Positions 39,744 to 50,218 of a DNA stretch of 64,000 nt are shown in pieces. A program made the position numbers and the translations under genes. The notes beneath the pieces were generated by a model that made no database searches, had not been told where the DNA came from, and saw only the letters and a program-made list of their open reading frames with translations. The first letter of the stretch is position 1; each line of letters begins with the position of its first letter. Source of the DNA: a bacterium (lineage in GTDB: Bacteria; Desulfobacterota; DSWW01). The DNA lies in contig JBFLZG010000087.1 in assembly GCA_040756235.1 (NCBI GenBank), positions 96,001 through 160,000 on the forward strand. Reading direction: 5' to 3'.

Positions 39744-40172
39744 TCATCGAAGGGCCGTAGGGACCGGATCTCTGCGCAGGGGAGGCATGGGATAGGTCCG
39801 ATCCACGAACCGGTGCGTGCGCAGCCCGAGCGCCTCCCGCTGCACGATGTAATCGTAGCGGGCCTTCTCGGCCCTGTGCCACGCCTTGCGGTATCGCGCC
39901 GCCGCCTGGCTCACGCAGGGCAGGGCGCCGTCAGGCTCTCCGGATGGCTCACGGGCAGCCGCTCCGTCCTTCGCCGGGCTCTCCCCGGAAGCTCTGCTCT
40001 CCCCGGAGGCTCTGTCCGGAATACAGGCATCCAGCAGGGCCTCGCTCTCCCGCAGTTGGGCCAACGCCTTCTCGAGCCGTTCTCCGGACCGGGCCAGCGC
40101 GCTCGCGGCCTCCCGGAAGAGCTCGATGTCCACCGGGGTGAGTTCTTTGAGCTTCTTGCCGATCAGGGCCAT
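39744..40172 (-). CDS. Hypothetical helical protein (DUF6665-like, from recall)
   Basis: ASALARSGERLEKAL and YIVQREALGL segments. Confidence 0.6.
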   Translation of the reverse strand: MALIGKKLKELTPVDIELFREAASALARSGERLEKALAQLRESEALLDACIPDRASGESRASGESPAKDGAAAREPSGEPDGALPCVSQAAARYRKAWHRAEKARYDYIVQREALGLRTHRFVDRTYPMPPLRRDPVPTALR

Positions 40173-40479
40173 TCAGCTGCCTTTCCCTGGTTGCTCCTTG
40201 CCACGGCCCGCGCCCAGGCCGGCTTTAGGCCACCCTCCATTCTGGCGATTTTGCGTGCGCGGAGCAACCCGGACGAGCGCCTCGCTTGCCGCGACGAAAG
40301 GGCGCGTTCGCAATGAGAATGTCTCTCCTGTAGAATGGCGTCGGAGTGGAACGAATTGGCACGGGGTCGGCGGGAAGACGCTCCCCCCATTGTTTTTTCT
40401 CCCCGGATTTCCGGACAGCCCCCGACCCGTCTCAGCGGCGGCGCTTGAGGAGGGGGAGGTCTTGGCGGAGGCGGTTTCC

Positions 40480-42198
40480 ATGGCGTCCATCATCGACGTG
40501 CTTTCCCAACCCATCCTCAATCTCTTCTCCGAGCATCTGACGGACAGGGACGATGCGTTTGTCGGCCGCGTGGCGCCCGCTTCCCATCCGAAATTCGGCG
40601 ACTATCAGTTCAACGGCGCCATGGCGCTCGCGAAGCGGCTCGGAAAGACCCCGCGCCAGGTGGCCGAGGAAGTGGTGCGCGCACTCTCCGGGGTGCCCTG
40701 GCTGGAGCAGGCGGAGATCGCCGGTCCCGGATTCGTCAACCTGCGCCTGCGGAAAACCTGGCTGGGCCAGCAGATCAGGAGCGTCTGCTCGGACGAGCGC
40801 CTCGGGGTCGAAAGGCCGGGGGCCGGACAGAGAATCGTCATCGACTACTCGAGCCCCAACGTGGCCAAGCCGATGCACATCGGTCACATCCGCTCCACGA
40901 TTCTCGGCAGCGCGCTGGACCGCACCTGCCGTTTCCTGGGCTATGAAGTGGTCTCGGACAATCACATCGGCGACTGGGGCACCCAGTTCGGCATCCTCCT
41001 GGAAGGGTATCGGGATTTTGCCGTCCCAGGCTCCTTCGAGCAGAGCCCGATCGAGGAGCTGGAGAGGGTCTACATCGAATACTACAAGCTCGCGCGGGAA
41101 GACCCGGAGCGCATGGATCGCGCTCGCCGGGAGCTGGTCAAGCTCCAGCAGGGCGATCCGGAGAACAGGCGCCTGTGGGAGCGATTCGTCCAGGCCTCGT
41201 TGCAGGAGTTCGAACGTCTGTACTCCCGCCTGGGCGTCACCTTCGACGTCGCCCTCGGGGAGAGCTTCTACAACGACCGGCTGGCCCCGCTCGTGAAGGA
41301 CCTCCTGGCGAGGAATCTGGCCCGCGTCAGCGACGGGGCGGTGGTCATTCCTCTGGAAGAAGAAGGGCTTCCTCCTTTCCTGATCCAGAAGAGCGACGGA
41401 GGCTTCAATTACGCCACGACCGATATCGCCACGCTCCTTTACCGGATCGAGCGATGGCGTCCGCGCCGAGTTCTTTATGTGACGGACGAGAGGCAGCAGC
41501 TTCATTTCCGCCAGCTCTTCGCGGTGGCACGCCGGCTGGGCGTGGACGCCGGGCTGGAGCACGTCGGGTTCGGGATCATGCGGCTGCCGGAGGGCACCTT
41601 TTCGACCCGTGAAGGCAACGTGATTCGCCTGGAGCGTCTTCTCGATGAAGCGGAGCGGAAGGCGTACGAGGTGGTGGACCAGTTGAACCCCGCGCTGGTG
41701 GAGCCCGAGAAGAGGGAGATCGCCCGCAAGGTGGGCCTGGGCGCGGTCAAGTACGCCGACCTGAGCCAGAACCGCCAGTCGACGATTCTCTTCACCTGGG
41801 AAAAGGCCCTCTCCCTGGAAGGCAACTCCGCTCCCTATCTTCAATACACCTACGCGCGCATCCGCAGCGTGTTCCGCAAGTACCGTGAGGAGAGCGGGGG
41901 CCGGGATCCCGGCGCGTCGGAAGTCGTGCTCGAACACGATCTGGAATCCCAGATCGCCAAGAAAATCCTGGAGCTGCCGGAGCACCTGCAGCGATCGGTC
42001 GCTGCCTGCCGGCCCAATCTGTTCACGGATTATCTTTTTGATCTGGCCTCTCACTACAACCGGTTCTATCAGAATTTGCCGTTTCTCAAGGCGCCGGACG
42101 GCGTCCGCGAGAGCCGCCTCGCCCTGTGCGACCTCGTAGGCAGGATCGTCCGGACAGGCCTGGGACTGCTCGGCATCGAGGCGCCGGAGCGGATGTGA
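40480..42198 (+). CDS. argS: Arginine--tRNA ligase
   Basis: FGDYQ, AGPGFVN, SSPNVAKPMHIGH, GDWGTQFG, GNSAPYLQY, C-terminal PERM. Confidence 0.97.
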   Translation: MASIIDVLSQPILNLFSEHLTDRDDAFVGRVAPASHPKFGDYQFNGAMALAKRLGKTPRQVAEEVVRALSGVPWLEQAEIAGPGFVNLRLRKTWLGQQIRSVCSDERLGVERPGAGQRIVIDYSSPNVAKPMHIGHIRSTILGSALDRTCRFLGYEVVSDNHIGDWGTQFGILLEGYRDFAVPGSFEQSPIEELERVYIEYYKLAREDPERMDRARRELVKLQQGDPENRRLWERFVQASLQEFERLYSRLGVTFDVALGESFYNDRLAPLVKDLLARNLARVSDGAVVIPLEEEGLPPFLIQKSDGGFNYATTDIATLLYRIERWRPRRVLYVTDERQQLHFRQLFAVARRLGVDAGLEHVGFGIMRLPEGTFSTREGNVIRLERLLDEAERKAYEVVDQLNPALVEPEKREIARKVGLGAVKYADLSQNRQSTILFTWEKALSLEGNSAPYLQYTYARIRSVFRKYREESGGRDPGASEVVLEHDLESQIAKKILELPEHLQRSVAACRPNLFTDYLFDLASHYNRFYQNLPFLKAPDGVRESRLALCDLVGRIVRTGLGLLGIEAPERM

Positions 42199-42226
42199 GA
42201 GCGGAGGAAAGCGCAGGAGAGTGCAG

Positions 42227-44170
42227 ATGGCGGGAAATCTTTTTTCGAGACTGGACCCCAGGGGGCCCAGAGGCATCGGCGACGGCAGGAAACAACGCCC
42301 TTCCGGGGACCCGTCGCAGAAGAGCAAGATCCGCTTTTCTCTCTGGTATTTCCTGGTGGCGGCTCTGATCCTGATGATGATCCAGAGCTATTTTGCCAAG
42401 CGGCAGGTGATGGAGGTCCCTTACAGCGAATTCAAGAGCTGGGTCGCCGCAGGCAAGGTGGAGTCGTGCTGGATCCAGGAGAATCGCATCGAGGGAACCC
42501 TCAAGGAGGCGGTCACCCCGGCGCAAGAGGACGGGGGCGGACAGAAGCCGACCAAGGAGTTCGTGACCATCCGGGTGACGGATCCGGACCTGGTCAAGGA
42601 GCTGATGGCCGCCGGCGTGCAGTTCCGGGGGACCACGGCCCCCGGCGGGATTCAGACCTTTCTCATGTACTGGATCCTGCCGCTCCTTTTGATGGTCGTA
42701 GTCTGGGGCTACGTCATGCGGAAGATGAACCCCGGCTTGTCGGTCATGGCGTTCAAGAAGAGCAAGGCCAAGCTCTATGCGCAGAAGGAGACCGGCGTCA
42801 CCTTCGAGGACGTCGCAGGCATCGACGAGGCCAAGGACGAGCTCAAGGAGGTGGTGGAGTTCCTGAAGGACGCCGATCGGTACAAGGGGCTGGGCGCCCG
42901 TATCCCCAAAGGCGTTCTGCTCGTGGGACCGCCGGGCGCCGGGAAGACGCTTTTGGCCAGGGCAGTCGCCGGCGAGGCGGGAGTTCCCTTCTTCAGCCTG
43001 AGCGGATCGGATTTCGTGGAGATGTTCGTCGGCCTCGGCGCCGCGCGCGTTCGGGATCTGTTCGAGCAGGCGGTGCAGAACGCCCCCTGCATCATCTTCA
43101 TCGACGAGCTGGACGCCCTGGGCAAGGCCCGCGGCATGAACCCGCTGGGCGGCCACGACGAGAGAGAGCAGACGCTCAACCAGCTGCTCGTGGAGATGGA
43201 CGGGTTCGAGACCAACAAGGGCGTGATCATCATGGCCGCCACCAACCGTCCCGAGATCCTCGATGCGGCCTTGCTCCGTCCCGGCCGCTTCGACCGGCAG
43301 GTGCTCGTGGACCGGCCCGACCGCCAGGGTCGGGAGCAGATCCTCAAGGTTCATTCGGCCAAGGTCAAGCTCGGCCCGGATGTGGACCTTCAGGTACTGG
43401 CGGCCAGCACTCCCGGGTTCGTCGGCGCCGACCTGGCCAACGCGGTGAACGAGGCGGCCCTGCTGGCAGCGCGCAAGCACAAGAGCATCGTGGAGATGGC
43501 CGATTTCGAAGAAGCCATCGAACGGGTGGTCGCGGGGCTGCAGAAAAAGAACCGGATCCTGAACGAGAAGGAGAAGCAGGTGGTGGCCTACCACGAGTGC
43601 GGCCACGCCGTCGCTTCCACGGCAGTTCCCGGCGCCGACCCGGTGCGGAAGATCTCGATCGTGCCCCGAGGCATCGCCGCCCTGGGCTACACGCTGCAGC
43701 TGCCCACCGAAGACCGCTACCTCATGACCAAGTCCGAGCTCCTCGGAAAGATGGCCGGTCTTCTGGGTGGAAGGATTGCCGAGGAGATCGTGTTCCGGGA
43801 AATCTCCACCGGGGCGCAGAACGATCTGCAGCGCGCCACGGACATCGCCCAGCGCATGGTCAAGGAATACGGAATGAGCGAGCGGATCGGGATCGTGACC
43901 TACGAGGCCCCGCGACAGCCGTTCCTGCTCGGCATTCCGGCCGGCCGCGAGCGGACGTTCAGCGAAGAGACGGCCCGCGAAATCGACAAGGAGGTGGAGC
44001 GGATCATGGAGGAGACCTACCATCGCGCCCGCCAGGTCCTGCTGCAGAACCGCTCCGTCCTGGACGAGATGGCGGGAAAGCTCCTGGAGAAGGAAGTGCT
44101 GGAAGGGACCGAGTTGAGAGGCTTTCTCGACCGCGTCCAGAGCCAGACGGGGCCGAACGCCACGAACTGA
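42227..44170 (+). CDS. ftsH: ATP-dependent zinc metalloprotease FtsH
   Basis: Two TMs; [27 protein letters not shown]. Confidence 0.96.
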   Translation: MAGNLFSRLDPRGPRGIGDGRKQRPSGDPSQKSKIRFSLWYFLVAALILMMIQSYFAKRQVMEVPYSEFKSWVAAGKVESCWIQENRIEGTLKEAVTPAQEDGGGQKPTKEFVTIRVTDPDLVKELMAAGVQFRGTTAPGGIQTFLMYWILPLLLMVVVWGYVMRKMNPGLSVMAFKKSKAKLYAQKETGVTFEDVAGIDEAKDELKEVVEFLKDADRYKGLGARIPKGVLLVGPPGAGKTLLARAVAGEAGVPFFSLSGSDFVEMFVGLGAARVRDLFEQAVQNAPCIIFIDELDALGKARGMNPLGGHDEREQTLNQLLVEMDGFETNKGVIIMAATNRPEILDAALLRPGRFDRQVLVDRPDRQGREQILKVHSAKVKLGPDVDLQVLAASTPGFVGADLANAVNEAALLAARKHKSIVEMADFEEAIERVVAGLQKKNRILNEKEKQVVAYHECGHAVASTAVPGADPVRKISIVPRGIAALGYTLQLPTEDRYLMTKSELLGKMAGLLGGRIAEEIVFREISTGAQNDLQRATDIAQRMVKEYGMSERIGIVTYEAPRQPFLLGIPAGRERTFSEETAREIDKEVERIMEETYHRARQVLLQNRSVLDEMAGKLLEKEVLEGTELRGFLDRVQSQTGPNATN

Positions 44171-44251
44171 GGTGAGGGAACATTTGACCAGAGCAGGACG
44201 GAGCCGGACGCAGCCAACTGAGACCCGAAACGAACCCGCCCGGCGCCGGTC

Positions 44252-45529
44252 TCACCCGGATCCTTTCAGCCTCTGGAGCAGACCCAGTGTCAGCTCCGGC
44301 CAGTACGTGATGATCAGCACCGAGGCGGCCAGAACGGCGATGAAGGGCAGGCAGGAGACGGTGATCTTCAAGATGCCTTTGCGGAACCGGTAGCTCGAAA
44401 TGAACAGCCCCATGCCGAACGGCGGTGTGAGGTAGCCGATCTGCATGTTGGCCAGAAAGATGATGCCCAGGTGGACCATATCCACGCCGTATTGCCGGGC
44501 GACCGGCGTGATGATCGGGACCACCACCACCAGGGCCGAGAAGACGTCCAGGAGCATGCCGAGGACGAAGAGAAACACGTTGAGCAGGATGAGGAAGACC
44601 AGCCTGGATGTGACGAAGCGCTGGATGAACTCGAAAATTCGCGTCGGCACGTCCACGTCGATCAGGTAGTTCGTCGTGGCCATGGCCGCTGCCACGATGA
44701 TGAGAATCCCTCCGACCAGCACCATGCTGTCGCGGATGACCTTCCGGAGTCGCACGAGCGAGACGTCACGGTAAATCACGACTTCCACCAGCAGCACCCA
44801 GAAGGCGGTGACGGCCGCAGCCTCGCTCACCGCGAACAGGCCCCCGTAAATGCCGCCCAGGACCACGAGCGGAAGGGGTACCTCCCATTTGGCCTCCCAA
44901 AGGGCCCTTGCGATCGCCCGTAGGCTCGGGCGCGACCTGGGGACGCCGCTTTTCACGGCCGCGTAGACGCCGAACCCGCACAGGATGAGCACCATCAGGA
45001 GCCCGGGCAAGGAGCCGGCCACGAACATGTCCGAGATCGGCGTCTCGGTGATGACCCCGTAGAGGATCAGCGGAACGCTGGGTGCGAACAGGAGGCCCAG
45101 GCTTCCCCCGGTCGTGACGAGACCCAGGGAGAAGCTCTCGCTGTATTTTTCCTCCAGGAGCGCCGGCAGGAGCAGGGCGCCGAGCGCCACGATCGTCACG
45201 CCGGAGGCGCCCGTGAAGGCGGTGAACAGGGAGCAGGCCACGACCGAGACGATGGCCAGCCCGCCCGGCATCCACCCGAAAAAGGCGCGCGAAAGCCGGA
45301 CGAGCCGTCCCGGCGCCCCGCTCTCGCCCAGCAGGTAACCGGCGAAGGTGAACAGCGGTATGGTGATGAGAACCAGGCTGCTGGAGAGCCTGAAGAAGTC
45401 GGTCGCCACGACCGTCAAGGGGGTTTCTTGCGCGTACCAGCCGAGCAGGGCCGCCGCCGCAAAGACGCAGAAGATCGGAGCGCCGATCAACAGTCCGAGC
45501 GCGATCAGGACGACGGCAAGCGCGATCAA
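44252..45529 (-). CDS. TRAP transporter large permease (DctM)
   Basis: IPLFTFAG, GGLA, PSVPLILYG, TPPFGMGLF. Confidence 0.92.
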   Translation of the reverse strand: MIALAVVLIALGLLIGAPIFCVFAAAALLGWYAQETPLTVVATDFFRLSSSLVLITIPLFTFAGYLLGESGAPGRLVRLSRAFFGWMPGGLAIVSVVACSLFTAFTGASGVTIVALGALLLPALLEEKYSESFSLGLVTTGGSLGLLFAPSVPLILYGVITETPISDMFVAGSLPGLLMVLILCGFGVYAAVKSGVPRSRPSLRAIARALWEAKWEVPLPLVVLGGIYGGLFAVSEAAAVTAFWVLLVEVVIYRDVSLVRLRKVIRDSMVLVGGILIIVAAAMATTNYLIDVDVPTRIFEFIQRFVTSRLVFLILLNVFLFVLGMLLDVFSALVVVVPIITPVARQYGVDMVHLGIIFLANMQIGYLTPPFGMGLFISSYRFRKGILKITVSCLPFIAVLAASVLIITYWPELTLGLLQRLKGSG

Positions 45530-46056
45530 ACCCCGACCCCTCCCTCAGAGCCTGCCTCTGCAGATGCCCGCTCTTGCGGCTTCCGCAGGGAAAGCAGAGT
45601 GAATCGGAAGAACCGCAGGGTCATCACGCAGAACGCCACAGGCAACGTCAAGAGGGAGGCCCAGACGGGCAGCCCCGCCACGACGAAGCCCAGTCTCGGT
45701 TCTCGAAACTCCTGGTAAAAGACCAGAAAAGTGGAGTAGGTCATCAGCGCGCACACGACGGTGGCAAAGGCATCCCCCATGAAAGCAGCCGCAAGGCGCC
45801 TCCTCCCGGACAGGAATCGGGCGATCGCGTCCACGCTGATGTGGTTGTGCTCCCGCGTGGCGACCATGGCGCCGAGCAGGGCGACCCAAAGGAGCATCTG
45901 CCGCATCAGAGGCTCGATCCAGACCAGCCCGATGCCCAGGAGATTCCTCAGCAGGATCTCCGTGAACGCGAGCAGGATCATGCTGACCAGGATCAGCACG
46001 AGCAGGCCGTCCTCGAGCTTCGCGACCATTCCGGAGCGGCTCGTCTTAGCCTGCAT
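45526..46056 (-). CDS. TRAP transporter small permease (DctQ)
   Basis: Four TMs; LLGA.VA.RE..HISVD. Confidence 0.9.
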   Translation of the reverse strand: MQAKTSRSGMVAKLEDGLLVLILVSMILLAFTEILLRNLLGIGLVWIEPLMRQMLLWVALLGAMVATREHNHISVDAIARFLSGRRRLAAAFMGDAFATVVCALMTYSTFLVFYQEFREPRLGFVVAGLPVWASLLTLPVAFCVMTLRFFRFTLLSLRKPQERASAEAGSEGGVGV

Positions 46057-46059
46057 GCC

Positions 46060-47088
46060 TCATTTTTCCTTCTCGGGGTGCGCCTTGCGGTACTCGTCTC
46101 CATACCGCTGCATCTCGGCGAGGGCGTCCGCTGGGAACTGCTGGTTCGAAAGATTCGCGTTCACCTTGCGGACCACTTCTTCGAGCTCCCGATAGTGCGC
46201 CGGGCTCACGGGAACGAAGGTGATCCCCTGGTTCATGAGGGTCTGGCGGGATTCGGAGTTGCTCTTGCGGATGTCCATCTTGAGCCTGCCGAGATGTCGG
46301 TCCACGATCTCCTGGACCGTCGCCCTGTGAGATTCGGGGATCTGCTCGTAGGCCTCCTGGGTGATCATGAGCACTCCGAATACGTAGATGAGCGGCGTAT
46401 CGGTGATGTATTTGATCCGCGTGTGCCACTGCAGGGCGATGGCGCCCACGAGAGAATTAGCGACCGTGTTGATCTGCCCGGTCTGCAGCGCCACCATCAC
46501 GTCGGCGATCATCATGGGAATGGGAGGCACGCCCATGGACTCAAAGGCGGCCTGGCCGACCGGATCCCCCTCCGGTATCCAGACCCGTTTGCCTTTGAGG
46601 TCCGCCAGGCTGGCAATGGGCTGCGTGGACATGATGTAGGCGAAGCCCACTTCCAACCAGCCCAGGACGGCGTAACCCGCCTTCTTCAACTCCCTTTGAA
46701 AGCGGGGCGATATCTTCGTCAGCACGTAATCGACTTCTTCCTCGCTGTCGAGCGTGAGAGGGATGCTCAGGACTCTCAGGTCCTTGCACACCGTGGACAC
46801 TTCTCCGGCCGTGAACTCGCCTCCCTGGATCTCACCGCTTTGCATCTTGAGCAGGAGGTCCCGACCGGTGCCCTTCACTCCGCCGTAATAGATCTTGAAC
46901 TGGACCTCGCCGCCGGTCGCCTGGTCGATTTCCTCGGTCATCTCGGTCACGATCTTCGCTGACCCGAAGTTCGCGGGCGCCTTGGTGGAGATCTTGATCC
47001 GGATCGCGTGCGCAGGCGCCGCCGGCAGGGCCAGGATCACGCAGACCATCAGGGCCAAAAAGCAGCTGCCAAAATTCGTTCGTCCCAT
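46060..47088 (-). CDS. TRAP substrate-binding protein (DctP/TatP-like)
   Basis: Signal peptide APAHA; KIYYGGVKG, DLKGKRVW, ALQTGQI. Confidence 0.9.
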   Translation of the reverse strand: MGRTNFGSCFLALMVCVILALPAAPAHAIRIKISTKAPANFGSAKIVTEMTEEIDQATGGEVQFKIYYGGVKGTGRDLLLKMQSGEIQGGEFTAGEVSTVCKDLRVLSIPLTLDSEEEVDYVLTKISPRFQRELKKAGYAVLGWLEVGFAYIMSTQPIASLADLKGKRVWIPEGDPVGQAAFESMGVPPIPMMIADVMVALQTGQINTVANSLVGAIALQWHTRIKYITDTPLIYVFGVLMITQEAYEQIPESHRATVQEIVDRHLGRLKMDIRKSNSESRQTLMNQGITFVPVSPAHYRELEEVVRKVNANLSNQQFPADALAEMQRYGDEYRKAHPEKEK

Positions 47089-47156
47089 CCGTCCTCCAAG
47101 TCAGTCGCCAGCTGTCGGTTGCCAGTCACCCGCCAGAAGAGAAGCGAGCTTCTCTT

Positions 47157-48050
47157 TTACTCGAAATAGGCCTCACTCTTTGCCTGGGTGATCATCTCTC
47201 TGGCCTGGCGCTGGGCCAGGGTGTTGATGAGGGTCAGCTCCGGGACCGTGTCGACCGGTGATTCGAGGACCCGGCGGAGCAGGCTGAAGAACAGGTCCTC
47301 GTCATAGACGAGCATCGCATACTGCCTGGCGAACATCACGTACGCGGGCAGGAACTTGTCCTGGCCGATCTGGAGGGCCCGCTCGAAGTGCTCTCGGGCT
47401 TCCTCGGGCCTTCCCCCGAGGGAGGGCGGCCGGACGGTCAGCAAAGCGCCGAGAAAGGTGTGGCCCGAGCCGTAATAGAAGGTCTCGTCCAACTCCAGGA
47501 CGCGCCGCACGAGTCCTTCGACCTTGGGAAGATCGGCTATGGCTTCCATGGAGGAGGCATGGGCCTGGATCCAGCCCACCCAGCTGGCGGCGGCCTGAAA
47601 GACGAACGGCACGTCCTTTTTCCGGAACGTCTCCAGACAGGTCTCGAACTGCTCGTAGGGCCGATCCTTGACCTTGGCGAACGCCTTGTTCTGCAGGCCC
47701 AGTGCGGCGATCCCGTAGGACTTGGCTTTTGCGGCGAGAATTTTGTTCCTCTCGGGGTCTTTCGCGGCCACGAAGGCCGTTCCGTAAGCCCCGTAGGCCT
47801 GAGATCCGGCCAGCAGCAGATCCTTGTTCTCCGGGCTGTGCTGGATCAGCCCGTCCAGGACAAGGAGGAATGCCGGTGTGCCCTGCTCCGCCAGCTCCAC
47901 GTCGCGCTGCCGGAGGAAGGAACGGCTGAGGTCGTCGGACAAAGGCCGGGTATACATGCCCACGATCCTGCCGCAGCCGCCGGCCAGAGAGCAGGCCAGC
48001 AGTGCGTACACGAAGGCGTGCAGCCTGGGAAGGGATCTCGACCTGGCCAT
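47157..48050 (-). CDS. TRAP transporter TatT component (lipoprotein)
   Basis: Lipobox LAGGC; PPSLGGRPEEAREHFERAL; located before DctP. Confidence 0.85.
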   Translation of the reverse strand: MARSRSLPRLHAFVYALLACSLAGGCGRIVGMYTRPLSDDLSRSFLRQRDVELAEQGTPAFLLVLDGLIQHSPENKDLLLAGSQAYGAYGTAFVAAKDPERNKILAAKAKSYGIAALGLQNKAFAKVKDRPYEQFETCLETFRKKDVPFVFQAAASWVGWIQAHASSMEAIADLPKVEGLVRRVLELDETFYYGSGHTFLGALLTVRPPSLGGRPEEAREHFERALQIGQDKFLPAYVMFARQYAMLVYDEDLFFSLLRRVLESPVDTVPELTLINTLAQRQAREMITQAKSEAYFE

Positions 48051-48151
48051 TGTTACCTCTACGGGGGGTTGCCGAGCAGAGATGGAGACGGGAACCGGCG
48101 GAGACGGTCATTAACAGAATCGAGGAGAGAAGTCAAAAAAACCGCGGCTCT

Positions 48152-48700
48152 TTACCACAGGAAGTCGAGGCCCAGCCAGGTGGTCAGCTCGCCCAGGGGG
48201 ATGGCATCCACGCTCGACCGTAGAGCGTGCATGTATTTCATCTTCAGATTGAGCCGCAGGTTGGGTTTGAGAGGGGCCGCCCATTCCGTGAACCAGGAGG
48301 ACCCGTAGGTGATCTCGAGATCGTTCAGCTCGAGCGGGGCCGGGCCGCGGTGGAATAGATAAGGGCCCATGCCCAGGCCGACGGAATGAGTGAACAGATG
48401 GGTATCCAGAAGACAGTATTCCATGAGAAAAGAGAAAGGAAACAAGTGCGTGCGGATCGCCGATCCGGACTCGGCTTCCTCCGATCCCTGGCGCAGGTGG
48501 TGCGCTCCATTGATCCCGAGGGAAAAACCGGTCGGGAATTTCCACTCGAGGTTCAAATCCTGCGGGATGCCCGGGCTGTACCTTTCGAGAAGGTCCGATT
48601 CCGGCTTTACGGCGGAGTCGGCACGCGCGAACGATCCCGCGAAGGCGCCCAGAACGAGACAGCCGGCCAGGACGAAGCGAAAGGCTTTCCGCACCTGCAT
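48152..48700 (-). CDS. Exported protein, possible small outer-membrane beta-barrel
   Basis: Signal peptide; alternating hydrophobic strands; C-terminal WLGLDFLW. Confidence 0.55.
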   Translation of the reverse strand: MQVRKAFRFVLAGCLVLGAFAGSFARADSAVKPESDLLERYSPGIPQDLNLEWKFPTGFSLGINGAHHLRQGSEEAESGSAIRTHLFPFSFLMEYCLLDTHLFTHSVGLGMGPYLFHRGPAPLELNDLEITYGSSWFTEWAAPLKPNLRLNLKMKYMHALRSSVDAIPLGELTTWLGLDFLW

Positions 48701-49047
48701 TCCGATCCCCCCGCCGCGGGATAACGTGTACGGCCCATCTGGGCCTTCTGCAACGGTCGGGCCAACACCCCGAACAACCGGCCTCCGCTGGAGATTCCTC
48801 GTTCTTTTCGAGCGGAGAGCCCTTGCGCTGCACGCCTACGAGTGGATAGTTACATAATTGGCCTTGGATTTTCCAGCAGAATCTGCAATAATGTGCCTCC
48901 TTTCAAACCCAAGAGCTCATTGTATGAGCTCCTGAACAAAAATCAAACTTCTCCATGGGACTTCTTCTTCCTCCACGCTGATTACGACTTGCTGGCTCGA
49001 GTATTCTCCTCCTGCGGGCTTTACGGAAGAACAAGCAGCAAAGTCCC

Positions 49048-50160
49048 ATGGACGAGCCGGCAGTGGATCGCTCCGTGGCCTTGAAGATTCTGATCGATCC
49101 GTCATACGTAAATTTTCGCCCGTTCCATCTCCTCCCCCGGATCGTTTTTTCCAGGGCGGGGTGGTCGGGGTTCCGCCGCCTCGCCCAACGGATGCCCGGA
49201 AACGGCATCGGGCCCTTCCCCCGGTGGGCCTTCGGGCCGGAAGGGTTCGACGGCCTCGACCTCGGGATTTCGTACACGCGTCTGCTCCGGCCGGACTTGA
49301 CGCTGCGGGAGCGCGTGCTCGAAGGCTATCGGAAGGCCCGGTGGCCGATCTACGCCTTTCATGCGACCTTTCCCGGAGGATCCCCTTTCTTCATGGACAC
49401 GGCCCTGGATCTGGGCGAGAACAGCGAACGGACCCGGCGGGGGCTGCGCAGCCACATCCGTGCGGCAGCAGAGATCGGAGGGAAGGGCACCCTTCTGGTC
49501 GTTCATCTGGGAGCGGCGAACGGATCCGTGGAAACGGCCATTCGCAACGCCGTCCGCCTGCTCGAAACAGGGCTGCCGCTGGCTCAAGAACAAGAGGTCG
49601 TGCTGGCCCTCGAGAACATGCCGAGACCCGCGGGCGGGCGCTACTACCTGGGCGGCGACTACGCGGACCTGAAGAAGGTCCTGGCCGCTCTTCCGTCCCC
49701 GTGGCTGAAGGTGTGCTTCGACTGGGGACATGCGAACAACTATGCGGGCGTCTTCGCCCGGCTGCACCGGCTCCGGGCGCCCGATGCTTACGTGCAGACG
49801 TTCGGATACGGCCGTGAAATGATCCGCGAGCTCGGCCTGGACATCGTCTACGCGCACGTGCATTACAACAGGAGCCATACGGAGAAGAGCGAAAAGGCGC
49901 TGGAGCAGGGGGACGAGCACATGCCCCTGACCCGGGTTCTGCCTGCCGAGTGGGACGCCTTTTGCGACACCTTGCGTCTGCTCATGAGGGAGACCTCGAT
50001 CCGGACGTTCGGAAGGGTCAATCTCGAGCTCATTCCCAGGAGAATTTTCGGATTTTATCCCGTCTTCCCGCGGGGCAGCTCGCTGGCGGAGCAGCTCTCC
50101 AGCGTCAAGACGGCCCGCAGCATCCTCGAGCAGGAGCGGGAGACGGCTGCGCCGGTCTGA
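49048..50160 (+). CDS. Sugar-phosphate isomerase/AP-endonuclease-2 family TIM-barrel metalloprotein
   Basis: FHATF, VVHLG, LENMP, FDWGH, HVH...DEH, NLE. Confidence 0.75.
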   Translation: MDEPAVDRSVALKILIDPSYVNFRPFHLLPRIVFSRAGWSGFRRLAQRMPGNGIGPFPRWAFGPEGFDGLDLGISYTRLLRPDLTLRERVLEGYRKARWPIYAFHATFPGGSPFFMDTALDLGENSERTRRGLRSHIRAAAEIGGKGTLLVVHLGAANGSVETAIRNAVRLLETGLPLAQEQEVVLALENMPRPAGGRYYLGGDYADLKKVLAALPSPWLKVCFDWGHANNYAGVFARLHRLRAPDAYVQTFGYGREMIRELGLDIVYAHVHYNRSHTEKSEKALEQGDEHMPLTRVLPAEWDAFCDTLRLLMRETSIRTFGRVNLELIPRRIFGFYPVFPRGSSLAEQLSSVKTARSILEQERETAAPV

Positions 50161-50218
50161 AGAGGCCCGATGAGAGCCTCTCGAACGGCTAGGCAGAGCT
50201 TCCGCGCGGAGAAGAGGA

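Noticed and set aside
40357..40372. TGGCACGGGGTCGGCG upstream of argS as a sigma54 promoter
   Set aside because: Lacks TT before GC; a sigma70 -10 (TAGAAT) is nearby and argS is housekeeping
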